Source: Armatimonadota bacterium (GTDB lineage Bacteria; Armatimonadota; Armatimonadia; Armatimonadales; Armatimonadaceae). From it: a stretch of 64,000 nt of DNA. Shown piece by piece: positions 35,801 to 45,683 of this stretch (positions are counted from its first letter, which is position 1; each line of letters opens with the position of its first letter). The notes below the pieces were generated by a model. That model was not told the origin of the DNA. It was given only the letters and a program-made list of their open reading frames with translations, and ran no database searches. The DNA lies in the NCBI GenBank assembly GCA_043754515.1, contig JAYUUO010000001.1, forward strand, positions 538 through 64,537. The letters are read 5' to 3'. The position numbers and the translations under genes are program-made.

Positions 35801-38800
35801 CTCAACACGCCGCGACCGCGTTGAAAGTCAAGTGGCAGGATGACTCCTACCGACAGCGCGTAATACGTGGCCGAGTGTGCCGCTACGTGTCGGGTCTGAT
35901 AGCCCGACACGGTGCCGGCGGCGTGACGCCGGAAGTCTACGAATCGGGGCGCGACGGCGGGTGGATACCGCGTCTGCCTAACGCCCTAACTTACTTCGAT
36001 GACTTCGACGAGATTGTCCGAGTCGCGCAAACTTACAACCACCGTATCGTGCGTGTTGAAGCCATTGAGGATACTGAAGACGTCTACGACATCACGGTTG
36101 ATGAACACCACAACTTCCTACTTTCAGACGGCGTTTTCGTCCATAATTCGGTAGATGATGATCCACCGGCCGCCATGCGCTATTGTATAACTGCCAATAA
36201 CCTGGTAGTGACGGCTGACGGTCTGGTTCCTGCCGGGGCGTTGGCGACGACGGAGGATATTTCGACCGCGATACTATCGCTCGACGGTAAGGTGAACACC
36301 GCGAGTAAATGGTTCGACTGCGGGGTATTTCCGGTGCGGACGGTGCGAACCAAGCGTGGTTATGAAGTCACTGGGACAACGAATCACCCACTACTGGTAT
36401 GCACCCCCGACGGCGACAAGCGCACCAGCCTCGTGTGGAAGACAATCGCTGACTTATCTGTCGGCGACTATGTCGTGCTCGATAGGAGCGAAACGCTGTT
36501 CCCCGACGCCCCGATTCATCTTGCGGCGCACTACCCCCGCTCATCCGAGCGTTCAACGGCAACCCAGCACGATCTGCCGACGCACCTGGACGCTGACTTT
36601 GCGTTCCTGTTGGGCGCGCTCGTCGCCGAGGGCACGTGTCGCTCTTCGTGCGTCGAGTTCTGCCATTTGCCCGGAAACTACGCGGACGAGTTCGCTTTGG
36701 CTTGGGCGAGAGTATTTCCGACTTGTCGGTTGCACATGTTCAACCGCGAACCAACCGGCTATGGCAAAAAGCCGTTCTTGCAGATGCAGTGCGTCAGCCA
36801 GCACGTCATCGGGTTCCTGGACGCATTGGGGCTACGCGGCAAGTCCGCCGAGCGGCTCGTGCCGGATGTCGTTCTTCGCTCGCCGCAAGCGGTGGTGTCC
36901 GCGTTTCTGCGCGGACTCTATGAAGGTGACGGGGCGGTGGAGCGTTCCGGGCGCAGTCTGCTTCGCGTCAACCTGTGCGCGAAAAGCCGGGCGATGTTGC
37001 GACAGGTGCAAACCGCTTTGCTCCGCTTCGGCATCGTTTCTACTCTGAACGCTGAAGCGAAACGGGGTACTTACCGCTTGTTGATCGTGGGCGAGGATAA
37101 CCTGCGACGATTCGCGGACAAGATAGGCTTCGTGTCGGAGGCGAAACGGGCCGCCCTCGCGGATGCGTTAGCGACGTATACAACGGGCCGCGCCCTCTCG
37201 CAGACTGATTTCATGCCTTTCCTGGCAGACTTTGTGCGTGACAGCGCGGCAAGTGGGAACCGCGAGTGGCTGGGCAAAAATAACGTCGATCGACCGGACC
37301 GATTGGGAAAGGCGTTGCCACGTCTCGCGCAAGACTTGCCCGCCGCCGATTCAGCGCATGTCGAGAGTCTGGCGCGTAACCGCTACCTGTTCGAGCCGGT
37401 GGTCGCTATCGAGGACGCGGGCGAGCAGAACGTCTACTCGATCCGCGTGGACAGCGAATGCCACTCGTTCGTCGCGAACGGGTTTATCAACCACAACACG
37501 GAGGCACGCCTGACCGCCGTCGCAATGGAGATGATGGAGGACATCGAGAAGGACACGGTGGACTTCAAGCCGACGTACGACAACGAGCGGCGCGAGCCGA
37601 CTGTGCTACCCGGCAAGTTCCCGTACCTCGTCTGCAACGGCGGGAGCGGGATCGCGGTCGGCATGGCGACCAACATGCCGCCGCACAACCTGCGCGAAAT
37701 CTGCGACGCCAGCGTCTACCTCCTGGAGCACCCGGACGCGAGCATCGAGCAACTGATGCAGTATGTCCCCGGCCCCGACTTCCCGACTGCCGGGCTGATC
37801 CTCGGCAGCAAGGGGATCAAGGCGGCCTACCACACCGGGCGCGGGCAGGTCACGATGCAGGCTAAGACTACTATCGAGCCGATGGACGGCGGCAAGCATG
37901 TGATCGTGATCTCCGAATTGCCGTATCAGGTGATCAAAAAGAAACTTGAAGAGCAGATCGGCGACCTCGTCAAGGAAAAGAAGATTGACGGGATAACCGC
38001 GGTGCGCGACTATTCCGACAAGTCCGGAATGCGCCTAGTGGTCGAACTACGCCGGGACGTCATGCCGCAGAAGATCCTGAATTATCTGCTCAAGCACACG
38101 CCCCTCCGCCTGAACTTCGGCGTGATGATGATTTCGCTCGCCGAGGCGGGCACGTCGCCCAAAACGCTCTCGCTGAAGACCATTTTGCAGGAGTATCTGG
38201 ACCACCGGCGCGACATCATCACAAGGCGCACCCGCTTTGAGCTCGCGCGGGCGAAGGCACGGGCACACATTCTAGAAGGCTTGCAGATCGCCGTGCAGTT
38301 CCTGGACGAGGTGATCGTGATCATCCGCGCCAGCAATAGTACGGAGCAGGCGCGTTCCCGGCTGATCGAGCGGTTCCTGTTCAGCGGCTTGCAAGCGGAA
38401 GCGATTTTGAACATGCAGCTCCGCCAACTGACGTCGCTGGAGCAGGGCAAGATCGAGGACGAGTTCAAAGATCTTCTGAAGGAGATCGGACGGTTCGAGG
38501 ACATCCTGATGGACCCGCGCCGCGTCAACATGATGATCAAGGCGGACTTGAAGTATCTGAAGGACAAGTTCGGCGACGACCGGCGCACGAAGATCATCCC
38601 GACGGAAGCCGAAGAGATCAACATTGAGGATCTAATCGCTGAGGAGGAGATGCTGATCACGGTCACCCGCGACGGGTACATCAAGCGCCTAGATTTTGGC
38701 ACCTTCCGGTCTCAGAAACGCGGCGGGCGCGGCGTGTCGGCGGGTAAGACACGCGAGGAAGATAACTTCGAGCTTCTTTTCCGCGCCTCGACGCACGACT

Positions 38801-39627
38801 ACATCCTGTTCTTCACCGACCGTGGACGCGTGTACCGGCTCAAGGCATTCGAGGTGCCGCAAACGTCGCGACAGGCGATGGGCACCGCGATCATCAACCT
38901 GATCAACATTCAGCCCGACGAGAAGATCACCGCGACCGTGCCGATCCGCGACTTCCGCACCGCCGAAGGCTTCCTGCTGATGGTGACCGAGCGCGGCGAG
39001 ATCAAGCGCACGGCGGTGGCCGAGTACGCCAACCTGCGGGCGAACGGCTTGGTGACGTTCGACCTGGAGGACAACGACGCGCTGAAGTGGGTCAAGCATA
39101 CGCCGGGCACCGCTGAGGTGATCCTGACCACGGTACGCGGAATGGCGATCCGCTTCCCAGAGGATAAGGTGCCGACGCGCGGCAGGGCGGCGGGCGGCGT
39201 GCGCGGGATCATGCTCGACAGCCCCGACGATAAGGTGGTTTCCGCCGACGTCGTGATCGGGGACGCGGACGCGCAGGAACTACTTGTAATCAGCGAACTC
39301 GGACTCGGCAAGCGAACCCCGCTCGCCGCGTACCGGTCGCAGGGACGGGGCGGCAAGGGGCTGATTACGATGAACCTTTCCGGCGACCGGACCGGCAAGT
39401 GCCTGATGGTGGCGACAGTGGTCTCGAAGGAGTCCGAGCCGAACCTGCGCCTCCTGATCGTCACCGAGAATGGCGTGATGATCCGCATGAAGGCGGAGGA
39501 AATCAAAACCACGGCGGGTCGCTCGACTTCTGGCGTGCGGCTGATCAATCTGGGCGAGGGTGACCGCGTGAAGACGGCCGAGGTGATTGACCTATCTAAG
39601 AACGCCGAAGAGGCCGAGGACGTGTAG
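32848..39627 (+). CDS. gyrA: DNA gyrase subunit A precursor carrying three inteins
   Basis: The exteins join to a collinear GyrA of about 860 aa: [19 protein letters not shown]...KSAKVVGE | [38 protein letters not shown] | [12 protein letters not shown] | TEARL...[14 protein letters not shown]... Confidence 0.95.
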   Translation: MAEPLDEPVTPASTPDASGAAVLDTPAPARSLSAYDGPAIDIAGELRTSYLGYAMSTIVSRALPDVRDGLKPVQRRILYAMRELGLSPNSRHLKSAKVVGECFVAGTRVATPTGLRRIEDLQVGDVVCTQSGVRAVTEAYVMPEQPLLDVELGSGRNVFCTPGQCFKVLMPDLSTIWKRADELVLGDNVVTRGGTTARDVPASASYPTVDGVGIDEDMAYLLGFFLADGWVDRDNKRGYRRLAFAAVERAIIERIQDILTRKFGVTASITGRGNMFNLRVNNSALNRLIINTFGLEEKRAGNISVPELLFDAQAEVLYSFVSGFSDGDGSVHKSRNMMVLTTISRPFLHDLSVLLFARSIHSRLLPYDKVGGNTEYALEIGSRSLHELGQNLTHSHPFKAERLAAILASGNYQPEKATKIPYLGALLLDEFREKHLGGGWYAGAGGEKVRSGLKYANGVKIRYSSEINESFVVSMDSLNTVGLLAKMTSIGSRYLDLLTQWERDGVAFHPVRAVRLAASEVTYDIQVEGEHEFVANGMIVHNCMGNFHPHGDQALYGTMVRMAQPFSLRYPMVDGQGNFGCFTGDTKIKLLDGTEKSFAELSALPEGEIFHVYSADKHGRIVVGEGRHSRVTRSNASLVRVTLDNGATIRCTPDHRFLLRNGEYKEARHLTPDDSFLAGYFDTAPVKPGLNPYLRVQQPITGEWEFVHWLADEFNADRGISSGSGKAFVRHHINFNHFDNRPSNIDRMGFLEHLHLHAEHMAALWEDPAFRETQHAGVVRYYNDNPQARESRRKHMIEQNTDPAFRAANGARVALPLRERYANDPEARAILSERMKALWADDEYRAKMSDALSGIEKRPLTVAQRAEVSRVVGEKSRAMWSDDAKREEIIAAIVSAMASPELRERLRENARAMWQDPAYRARFSPTHHKDMATTLWSRPETREMHREKVAGQWQEESFRVAQRDGVRISNARRLVANPGQMHEIAQHAATALKVKWQDDSYRQRVIRGRVCRYVSGLIARHGAGGVTPEVYESGRDGGWIPRLPNALTYFDDFDEIVRVAQTYNHRIVRVEAIEDTEDVYDITVDEHHNFLLSDGVFVHNSVDDDPPAAMRYCITANNLVVTADGLVPAGALATTEDISTAILSLDGKVNTASKWFDCGVFPVRTVRTKRGYEVTGTTNHPLLVCTPDGDKRTSLVWKTIADLSVGDYVVLDRSETLFPDAPIHLAAHYPRSSERSTATQHDLPTHLDADFAFLLGALVAEGTCRSSCVEFCHLPGNYADEFALAWARVFPTCRLHMFNREPTGYGKKPFLQMQCVSQHVIGFLDALGLRGKSAERLVPDVVLRSPQAVVSAFLRGLYEGDGAVERSGRSLLRVNLCAKSRAMLRQVQTALLRFGIVSTLNAEAKRGTYRLLIVGEDNLRRFADKIGFVSEAKRAALADALATYTTGRALSQTDFMPFLADFVRDSAASGNREWLGKNNVDRPDRLGKALPRLAQDLPAADSAHVESLARNRYLFEPVVAIEDAGEQNVYSIRVDSECHSFVANGFINHNTEARLTAVAMEMMEDIEKDTVDFKPTYDNERREPTVLPGKFPYLVCNGGSGIAVGMATNMPPHNLREICDASVYLLEHPDASIEQLMQYVPGPDFPTAGLILGSKGIKAAYHTGRGQVTMQAKTTIEPMDGGKHVIVISELPYQVIKKKLEEQIGDLVKEKKIDGITAVRDYSDKSGMRLVVELRRDVMPQKILNYLLKHTPLRLNFGVMMISLAEAGTSPKTLSLKTILQEYLDHRRDIITRRTRFELARAKARAHILEGLQIAVQFLDEVIVIIRASNSTEQARSRLIERFLFSGLQAEAILNMQLRQLTSLEQGKIEDEFKDLLKEIGRFEDILMDPRRVNMMIKADLKYLKDKFGDDRRTKIIPTEAEEINIEDLIAEEEMLITVTRDGYIKRLDFGTFRSQKRGGRGVSAGKTREEDNFELLFRASTHDYILFFTDRGRVYRLKAFEVPQTSRQAMGTAIINLINIQPDEKITATVPIRDFRTAEGFLLMVTERGEIKRTAVAEYANLRANGLVTFDLEDNDALKWVKHTPGTAEVILTTVRGMAIRFPEDKVPTRGRAAGGVRGIMLDSPDDKVVSADVVIGDADAQELLVISELGLGKRTPLAAYRSQGRGGKGLITMNLSGDRTGKCLMVATVVSKESEPNLRLLIVTENGVMIRMKAEEIKTTAGRSTSGVRLINLGEGDRVKTAEVIDLSKNAEEAEDV
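33151..34473 (+). mobile_element. intein 1 (441 aa) with LAGLIDADG homing endonuclease
   Basis: Starts CFVAGTRV and ends GMIVHN, followed by Cys+1. LAGLIDADG motifs are [10 protein letters not shown] and [12 protein letters not shown]. The block B position reads TPGQ rather than T-x-x-H. Confidence 0.9.
34588..36147 (+). mobile_element. intein 2 (520 aa) with HNH endonuclease and tandem W-x-D-x-x-[YF]-R repeats
   Basis: Starts [13 protein letters not shown], has block B CTPDH, and ends GVFVHN followed by Ser+1. HNH motif: [29 protein letters not shown]. About nine repeats such as [27 protein letters not shown] and KWQDDSYR. Confidence 0.9.
36184..37497 (+). mobile_element. intein 3 (438 aa) with LAGLIDADG endonuclease, at the classical GyrA site after the catalytic Tyr
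   Basis: AAMRY | CITANNLVV...TTNHPLL...[10 protein letters not shown]...[12 protein letters not shown]...VANGFINHN | TEARL. This is the same junction as the mycobacterial GyrA inteins (AMRY | CITGD...HN | TEARL). Confidence 0.92.
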
Positions 39628-39668
39628 CCGGGGTAGGTTAAGGACCCAGGTTTTATCCGGGTAAAAGC

Positions 39669-39702
39669 GAACCGGCGTTTCGAGAGATCGAAACGCCGGT
39701 TC
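39669..39702 (+). terminator. intrinsic terminator after gyrA
   Basis: Perfect 15-bp stem GAACCGGCGTTTCGA / TCGAAACGCCGGTTC with loop GAGA, followed by ATTTCAAGATGTTTCG. Confidence 0.7.
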
Positions 39703-39721
39703 ATTTCAAGATGTTTCGTAT

Positions 39722-40955
39722 ATGCCTCGTTGCCTCTCATACGATGGAACGGACGACAGGGCGGACGCGGTATGCGTAGAAATGGATGATGCACCTGCCC
39801 TCGATGAAGAAGGCGCAGTCGCGCCGAAACCGGTGCCGGGTCCCAGGCCGATTGCCAACACTTCCATCAAGGAATTGCTCTACCTCACGACAAAGCAAAA
39901 CGCCTCCGATCTACACATAGCGGTCTGATTGCCTCCCGTGCTACGCGTCTATGGCAGACTATTGCAAGCACCTTACGAGCCGTTCACCAGCGGAAGTGGC
40001 GCGACGCATCGCGTATGAGTTGTTGACGGAAGAGCCGAAGCGCGTCTTCGGGGCTGGGCACGAGCTGAACTTCACCCACCTGTACGCGGTTAAAACCCTG
40101 TTTCGAGTGAGTCTGTATCAAACGCTCGGCACCGTCGCCACCTCGTTCCGGATACTCACTGTGCCCATCCGAACACTCGATGAACTCGGTTGTCTGCCCC
40201 TAGTGGAAAAATTGACGCACTACCCCAGCGGTTTAATCCTCATCCGTGGCTCGGTAGGTTCTGGCCGAACCACTATGATGGCGATGGTTGATATAATCAA
40301 CAGCACACAAAGCAAGCACATCTTCGTTGTCGAGACAGAGACGAGTTGCTACCATTCGCACAAACTGTCGGTGGTGTGGCAACTTGAAATCAGGCCGGAT
40401 ACCCCGTCGCTCGTTGACGCGCTCAAAGGGTTGCTACGCAAAGATGCCGATGTGGTGGTGATCGAGGGGCTAGCAAACCTGGAAGCGATGGAATTAGCTC
40501 TTTCCATCGCGGAGAACGACTGTCTCGTAATCGCGCGGATCGCGACCGTCACGGCCGAATCTACCATCGAACGCTTCATAGAGTCTTTCCCCGCCGATCA
40601 GCGGAAGGCCATCCGGCAGCGAATATCTACACGACTCTTGGGAGTGGTATGTAACCAGCTAGTGCCGAAAGCCGATGGGACGGGGCAAGTATTGGCACAG
40701 GAGGCCCTTCTCCGCACCTATGAAGTTGGCGAACTGATAAGTCAGTCGCGGACGGAGGAGATTCCCACGCTCATCGAGCGGTGGACGCGCCTCGGGATGC
40801 GAACCATAGACGGGTGTCTACGAGACCTCTTCAAGGCGGGCACGATCACGGAGGACATGGCGTTGACGCGTTCCATGAACCGCGTCGAGATGGCGCGGTT
40901 GCTTGCGGCGAATTCGTCCGTATCCGGGGGCAACATTTTGCCCCCGGCAGTTTAG
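39722..40955 (+). pseudogene. pilT-like type IV pilus retraction ATPase, disrupted and degenerate
   Basis: IKELL...ASDLHIAV stops at TGA 39926-39928, where PilT has Gly (SAG-LPP). The same frame continues LPPVLRVYGRL..PFTS, then homology jumps to the frame of ORF 39951-40955. Walker A is GSVGSGRTT (K to R), and the Walker B and His boxes are degenerate. Confidence 0.7.
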
Positions 40956-40992
40956 CACGCTTCGCGGAGAGACGTAGGAGACACATCTCGGG

Positions 40993-41709
40993 CTACGGTT
41001 TGATCGCCCCGACCGGGTTATTAACGGAGCTATTGCCACCGTGATTGCCGCCGCGCAACCCCTTCATCCCGTCCAGGATTCGTTGTTGATCCGGGGTCAG
41101 TAGCGGGCGGATCTTCACCTTCGCGTCGCTCCAAACGCCTGCCATCTTCGTTGCCCGGTCACGACGCTGAAGTATCGGGTCGGCGCGCAACTTCGCCGCC
41201 TCCGTTTCCACATCCGCCATGATAGGGGTAATCTTCGTCTGCTGATCCGGCGTCAGCGTGAGTTCCGCCGTGAAGCGGGTCATTATCGTGCCCGCCGCGC
41301 GGGTGAGTTTAGCGGAGTCGTAGGCAGACTGAAACTTCGCCGCCTGGTCCGGGGTCAGAATCGCCTTGATCTCGGCTACCTCCCGCGCCTCTGAGTCGGC
41401 AAGTTTCGCGCGCAGTTCCGGCGTGATTTTCGGTCGCGTGCCGGTGTTCAAGCCCGTCGGCATCCCCCCCTGCATGATTGCCTTGCGCTCGTCGCGGTAC
41501 TTCTTGCTGATCGGTTTGATCAGCCCCTTTTGCGCGGCGGTTAAATCAGCCGCTTTAAGGGCGAGCGCGAGGGGGTTTTCATGCCGACCCGACATCGTGA
41601 CGGATGGGGCAGTCGCCGGGTTTTGCGCGGACGCGGGGTTCAGACCGGTGAGTGTCGCGATCAGTATAGCGATGCCCGTGCCCATCGCCGCGAAATTGAT
41701 ACGTTGCAT
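40993..41709 (-). CDS. periplasmic LTXXQ-repeat (Spy/CpxP-like) protein
   Basis: Signal peptide (AILIATLTGLNPASA) followed by four LTxxQ motifs (LTAAQK, LTPDQA, LTPDQQ, LTPDQQ). Confidence 0.75.
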   Translation of the reverse strand: MQRINFAAMGTGIAILIATLTGLNPASAQNPATAPSVTMSGRHENPLALALKAADLTAAQKGLIKPISKKYRDERKAIMQGGMPTGLNTGTRPKITPELRAKLADSEAREVAEIKAILTPDQAAKFQSAYDSAKLTRAAGTIMTRFTAELTLTPDQQTKITPIMADVETEAAKLRADPILQRRDRATKMAGVWSDAKVKIRPLLTPDQQRILDGMKGLRGGNHGGNSSVNNPVGAIKP

Positions 41710-41868
41710 TGTTCTTCTTTGCTCCAGACTTTGGTACCGGTATGGCCACTCTGGGGGTAGTGCCGGTCACTATTTCTGTTGTTGTGGACGTGGGGCAGGG
41801 GAGAAGGTTCATTCGACGCCCCGTATTTCCCGGCGAGTGAGTAGGAAATGGTCCGTAACCGCCTCCCC

Positions 41869-43155
41869 CTAACCCGTGGGAAGCCAGGCGGTAACCGCAG
41901 TGCCCGTGCCGGGCACGCTCGCGACTGTTAACGCCCCCCCCAGGCTGGCTACCCGCTCGCGCATGGATGTCAACCCGATCCCGACGGGCGCGCTCGCAGG
42001 GTCGAAGCCCGCGCCATCATCGCGTATTTCGATCCGCATCCGGTCGCCCTCGCGCGTCAAAGTAACGGCCACTTCGGTCGCCCCAGTCGCATACTTCGCG
42101 GCATTGATGAGTGCTTCCTGCGCGATACGTAGCGCCGCGATTTGCGCCGTTCCACTCCCGAGTGCGTCCAGATGCTCCGCCCCGATGACGCGCATAGCGA
42201 GGCCGGTGCGCCGCGATAGACGCTCGACCTCGCCGGTGAGCCGCGCCGCAGTTTCGCCCGCGCCAGCGGCCCATGGCTTATTGAAAAAGGTCCAGTCCCG
42301 TACACCGTTCATCGCGTCGCGCAGGAACTGTGCCTCCTCCCGGAGTAGCGTGGGAGTCTCGGAATCCGCGCCCGCTGTCTTCGCGACGACACGCGCCGTG
42401 ACTTCGAGCCGTAGTACCGCCGACGCGAGCGCGTTCCCGACTCCGTCGTGTATCTCGCGCGCGAGCGATGAACGCTCTTCCAGTAATGCCATTTCAGAGC
42501 GAAGCGACGCGATCTCACTTTTTTCGCGGTCGGCATTCTGGCGCAACCGCTGGACGACGACACCTGCCGCGACCAAGAATATCAGGCGCGTCAGAAGTTC
42601 CAGAAGCCACGTGCCGTCCCGGAGCGGGAACGGAACCGTTGCGGCGATCAGCGCGAGACAAACCCCCAGTCGGACCCAGCGCGCCTCGTGAATCGGCTCC
42701 AGTACCGACTCTGCGACCACAATCACGAAGAAGAGGGGCCATATCCCGCTGTTTATCCCGCCGGTCACGCGCACCGTCGCCGCGACCAGCGTCAGGTCAA
42801 CCACCGTGTGTAGCCAAGAGATAGTATTGATGTGCTCGGAGCCATAGCCACCGCGACGCGCCGTGAGCACGGAGCGCAGATATAGATGAAACGCCCCGAG
42901 GGCATACAGCACGGTCAGCGGGACCGTGGCACCGGTCGGCAGGGCGTCGCCCCCGATGCCGTTGGCGCGGAGCATGATCCAGACGCCGCTATACAGCACC
43001 ACGACCCAGTATATTTGCGAGACGCGCCACACCGCCCGCGACGCTGGGTCGCTCGGCCCGACCAGAAGTCGGCGGCGAAGTTCGGAGCCTCGCCGCCTCG
43101 CCCCGTCAATGGCGGTCGGTGGCTCGTATCCTGTCGGGTGCGTTGCTTCCGCCAT
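41869..43155 (-). CDS. multi-TM sensor histidine kinase (HisKA_3 / NarX-LiaS type)
   Basis: Five to six N-terminal TM helices, H-box REIHDGVGNALASAVLRLE, and an ATPase domain with INAAKYA and IRDDGAGF. There is no response regulator nearby. Confidence 0.85.
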   Translation of the reverse strand: MAEATHPTGYEPPTAIDGARRRGSELRRRLLVGPSDPASRAVWRVSQIYWVVVLYSGVWIMLRANGIGGDALPTGATVPLTVLYALGAFHLYLRSVLTARRGGYGSEHINTISWLHTVVDLTLVAATVRVTGGINSGIWPLFFVIVVAESVLEPIHEARWVRLGVCLALIAATVPFPLRDGTWLLELLTRLIFLVAAGVVVQRLRQNADREKSEIASLRSEMALLEERSSLAREIHDGVGNALASAVLRLEVTARVVAKTAGADSETPTLLREEAQFLRDAMNGVRDWTFFNKPWAAGAGETAARLTGEVERLSRRTGLAMRVIGAEHLDALGSGTAQIAALRIAQEALINAAKYATGATEVAVTLTREGDRMRIEIRDDGAGFDPASAPVGIGLTSMRERVASLGGALTVASVPGTGTAVTAWLPTG

Positions 43156-43732
43156 CGGTTTTATCGGATCCGTTCTTGTGCGTCAGGGCGAGTAGCTGTT
43201 GCACGAACTTCGCTTGCTCCGTACACTCCTTGCCTTCAAGCCACTTCTCGAAGAGCGCACGACAATCTTTGCTTTGTATGCCGCCTTCTATAAAAGGGTT
43301 CGCGGACTCGGGACTCTCGGGCGGACGCACGCGCTTGGTGCCGTTGTCGGCGGGGGCGTCCATCCCGAACAGGATGTAGGTCACGCCGGTCTCCATTGCC
43401 GCGCCGGTACACATCACGCACGGCTCCAGCGTCGAAACCAGAATGATATTTTCGGCGTCCATCGGCAGGGTCGGCTCGCGCCCCGCGCCGTCGCCCCCGG
43501 CGTTCTCGAACGCGATGATCTCCGCGTGCGCGTTTTTGCGCTTCAGTGCGTTACCGCGATTATGCCCCCGCGCGACAATGCGGGCGGTGCCATCCTCATC
43601 CGGGAGCGCGATCACGCATCCGATAGGGGCCTCGCCCTCGGCGACTCCTGTTTCGGCTTCACGTATGGCTTCGCGCATCAGACGCTCTTTTTCCGCGTCG
43701 GTTAGGTAAACAGGGGCTGTTCGGGTTTCCAT
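43106..43732 (-). CDS. CMP/dCMP-type zinc deaminase (TadA-like) with C-terminal extension
   Basis: The HAEIIAF and EPCVMCTGA zinc-binding motifs are present. At 208 aa it is longer than a typical TadA. Confidence 0.8.
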   Translation of the reverse strand: METRTAPVYLTDAEKERLMREAIREAETGVAEGEAPIGCVIALPDEDGTARIVARGHNRGNALKRKNAHAEIIAFENAGGDGAGREPTLPMDAENIILVSTLEPCVMCTGAAMETGVTYILFGMDAPADNGTKRVRPPESPESANPFIEGGIQSKDCRALFEKWLEGKECTEQAKFVQQLLALTHKNGSDKTDGGSNAPDRIRATDRH

Positions 43733-43888
43733 GATGATTGCTAACTTTCCAGCAACGGTTATACCCGACCACGGGACGAATCTTGTACGATCATCCGCGC
43801 CAGCGAAAGTGGCGCCGTTGCGCTAGCCGCGGGGCTGTACGACGGGATGAAGCCGTGTTTCAAGCCGTAGCCGCGTCCTGTCGTTGAA

Positions 43889-45034
43889 CTACAACTTACC
43901 GGTGATCGTCCCGCCGCCGAGAACCCAACCGTCCTGCTCCCCGACGCCGTAGAAGACCGCCGCCTGTCCCGGCGCGACGGCACGCAACGGTTCGTCAAAC
44001 CGCACCTCTATGACGTCCTCTCCCGTTCGCATGATACGCGCGGGTGACGCCGCCATATTGTAGCGGATCTTAACCGCGCACGGATACGGTTCTCCGCCTG
44101 TTTCCGGCGGCGTGAGCGCGACCCAGTTCAGGTCCCGCACAACGCAACCCGCCGCGTACAACTCCTCGTCGGTGCCGATGGTCACCTCACCGGTTTGGGC
44201 GTTCACTGATAGTACGTACAGCGGGGTGGGGGAGCCGATGTTGATCTTCTTGCGCTGACCGACCGTGTAGAACGCCGCGCCCTCGTGTGACCCGCGCGTC
44301 GTGCCGCCCGAATCCACGAACTTGCCCGGCGCCAATGTTTCCGGTGCCGACTCGGCGAGGAAGTCGCGGTAGTCGCCGTTCTGCACGAAGCAGATCTCCT
44401 GTGAGTCCGGTTTATCGGCAACTGCTAACCCGTATCTGTGCGCCATCTGGCGTGTTTCGTCTTTGGACATCACGCCGCCTAGCGGCATCGTCATGTGTGC
44501 TAGTTCGCTCTGCGTGGACGCGTACAGCGCGTACGTCTGATCCTTGCCGACTGTCCCCGCCGCCCGCAGGCCGAAGCGATCCGTCACTGGATCGTGGAAG
44601 ACGCGGGCGTAGTGTCCCGTAGCGAGTTTCGTCGCGCCGAGTTGCTTCGCGCGTTTCATCAGCGCATTGAACTTGATATACCGGTTGCAGTTGATGCAGG
44701 GGTTTGGCGTCCAGCCTTGCTTATACGACTCGACGAACGGGCGGATCACCTTCTCCGCGAACGGCTCACGGTAGTTCAGGACGTAGTGGGGGATGCCGAT
44801 GCGCGCCGCGACCCGGCGGGCGTCCTCGACCGCGCCGAGTGAGCAACAACCCGCGCCCTTCGTTTCCGTGGATGATTCCTGCCAGATCTGGAGCGTGATC
44901 CCGATCACGTTCATGCCCTGCTCTTTGAGTGAAGCGGCGGCGACGGATGAGTCTACGCCGCCGCTCATGGCGACGACCACGGTCTCTCCGGGGGACGGGA
45001 CTTGCTCCACGATTTGGTTGGCGGCGGTATTCAT
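43889..45034 (-). CDS. mnmA: tRNA-specific 2-thiouridylase
   Basis: PP-loop VVAMSGGVDSSVAA, NPCINCNRYIKF and ATGHYAR. Full-length collinearity with MnmA. Confidence 0.95.
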   Translation of the reverse strand: MNTAANQIVEQVPSPGETVVVAMSGGVDSSVAAASLKEQGMNVIGITLQIWQESSTETKGAGCCSLGAVEDARRVAARIGIPHYVLNYREPFAEKVIRPFVESYKQGWTPNPCINCNRYIKFNALMKRAKQLGATKLATGHYARVFHDPVTDRFGLRAAGTVGKDQTYALYASTQSELAHMTMPLGGVMSKDETRQMAHRYGLAVADKPDSQEICFVQNGDYRDFLAESAPETLAPGKFVDSGGTTRGSHEGAAFYTVGQRKKINIGSPTPLYVLSVNAQTGEVTIGTDEELYAAGCVVRDLNWVALTPPETGGEPYPCAVKIRYNMAASPARIMRTGEDVIEVRFDEPLRAVAPGQAAVFYGVGEQDGWVLGGGTITGKL

Positions 45035-45151
45035 AGCCTTTTATTTTATCGCGAAAAAAGCGGCAAAAAAATAGTTCGGGGAAGTATTGGTTACTTGCTT
45101 ATTTTTTTAATCCAAGCCCACAATCAGTTCACGTGATAACGCGAGGGGAAA

Positions 45152-45502
45152 GTGCTAGCTGACCGCGATAAGAGTAGTCATGGTGTAACCGGCGCAGTGG
45201 ACGTGATGAAAGAGACACCTTCACCTGTCCCCTCACCTACACCAGGTGGGCGTCATCGAGATACACCTCAGGTCGCGTATTTGGCGGACGATGTGAGCGG
45301 TGGCAATACCGTGCAACAGCCGCCTACTGAGCAACAGTGGTTGGCAGACTGGCAACAGGCCATACTTAATTCCTCCTCCACTGTGACGGACGCCGAGGTC
45401 GCAGTGCGATACAGTGCTGTCCTCAGCGTGCTCGATTCGCAGTCGGATGTCAGTCTGAAGATGTATTATATTCGCGCCTCGCATTACGCGATTTTGAAGT
45501 AG
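45152..45502 (+). CDS. hypothetical protein
   Basis: ORF with a non-ATG start in an AT-richer stretch. No motif recognised. Weak call. Confidence 0.25.
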   Translation: MLADRDKSSHGVTGAVDVMKETPSPVPSPTPGGRHRDTPQVAYLADDVSGGNTVQQPPTEQQWLADWQQAILNSSSTVTDAEVAVRYSAVLSVLDSQSDVSLKMYYIRASHYAILK

Positions 45503-45683
45503 TTCTCTACAGGGTCGCCCCAGCGCAACGTGCTGTCATCTGGGGCAAATTGTCCGCGATGAGGATCAATTCCGTGATCGACAAGATGGATCAGGGTGAT
45601 CAGTCCACCACCGCCTGGTACTTCGGCGAGCTTTCCAAAATAGGACTTGCTCCAGACTCGATTATGCCTTGGGATCGCATATA

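Noticed and set aside
39926-39928. Possible UGA recoding (UGA = Gly or Sec). An in-frame TGA sits exactly at a conserved Gly of the pilT-like gene, and another in-frame TGA lies at 49395-49397.
   Set aside because: TGA clearly terminates well-defined genes in this window: the DUF1501 gene at 531-533, PP2C at 6723-6725, the kinase at 8450-8452 and the prepilin-like gene at 46371-46373. The pilT-like gene also has a frameshift and degenerate motifs, so ordinary pseudogenisation explains it.
43841-43870. A 30-nt stretch in the tadA-mnmA spacer matches the 3' end of the prepilin-like gene at 46344-46373 at 24 of 30 positions. The exact core is ATGAAGCCGTGTTTC, and both read DGMKPCF[KE]P-stop. It could be a relic of a paralog.
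   Set aside because: An exact 15-mer shared somewhere within 64 kb read on both strands is expected by chance a few times. Upstream similarity fades, and the in-frame ORF has no start. The evidence is too weak to call.
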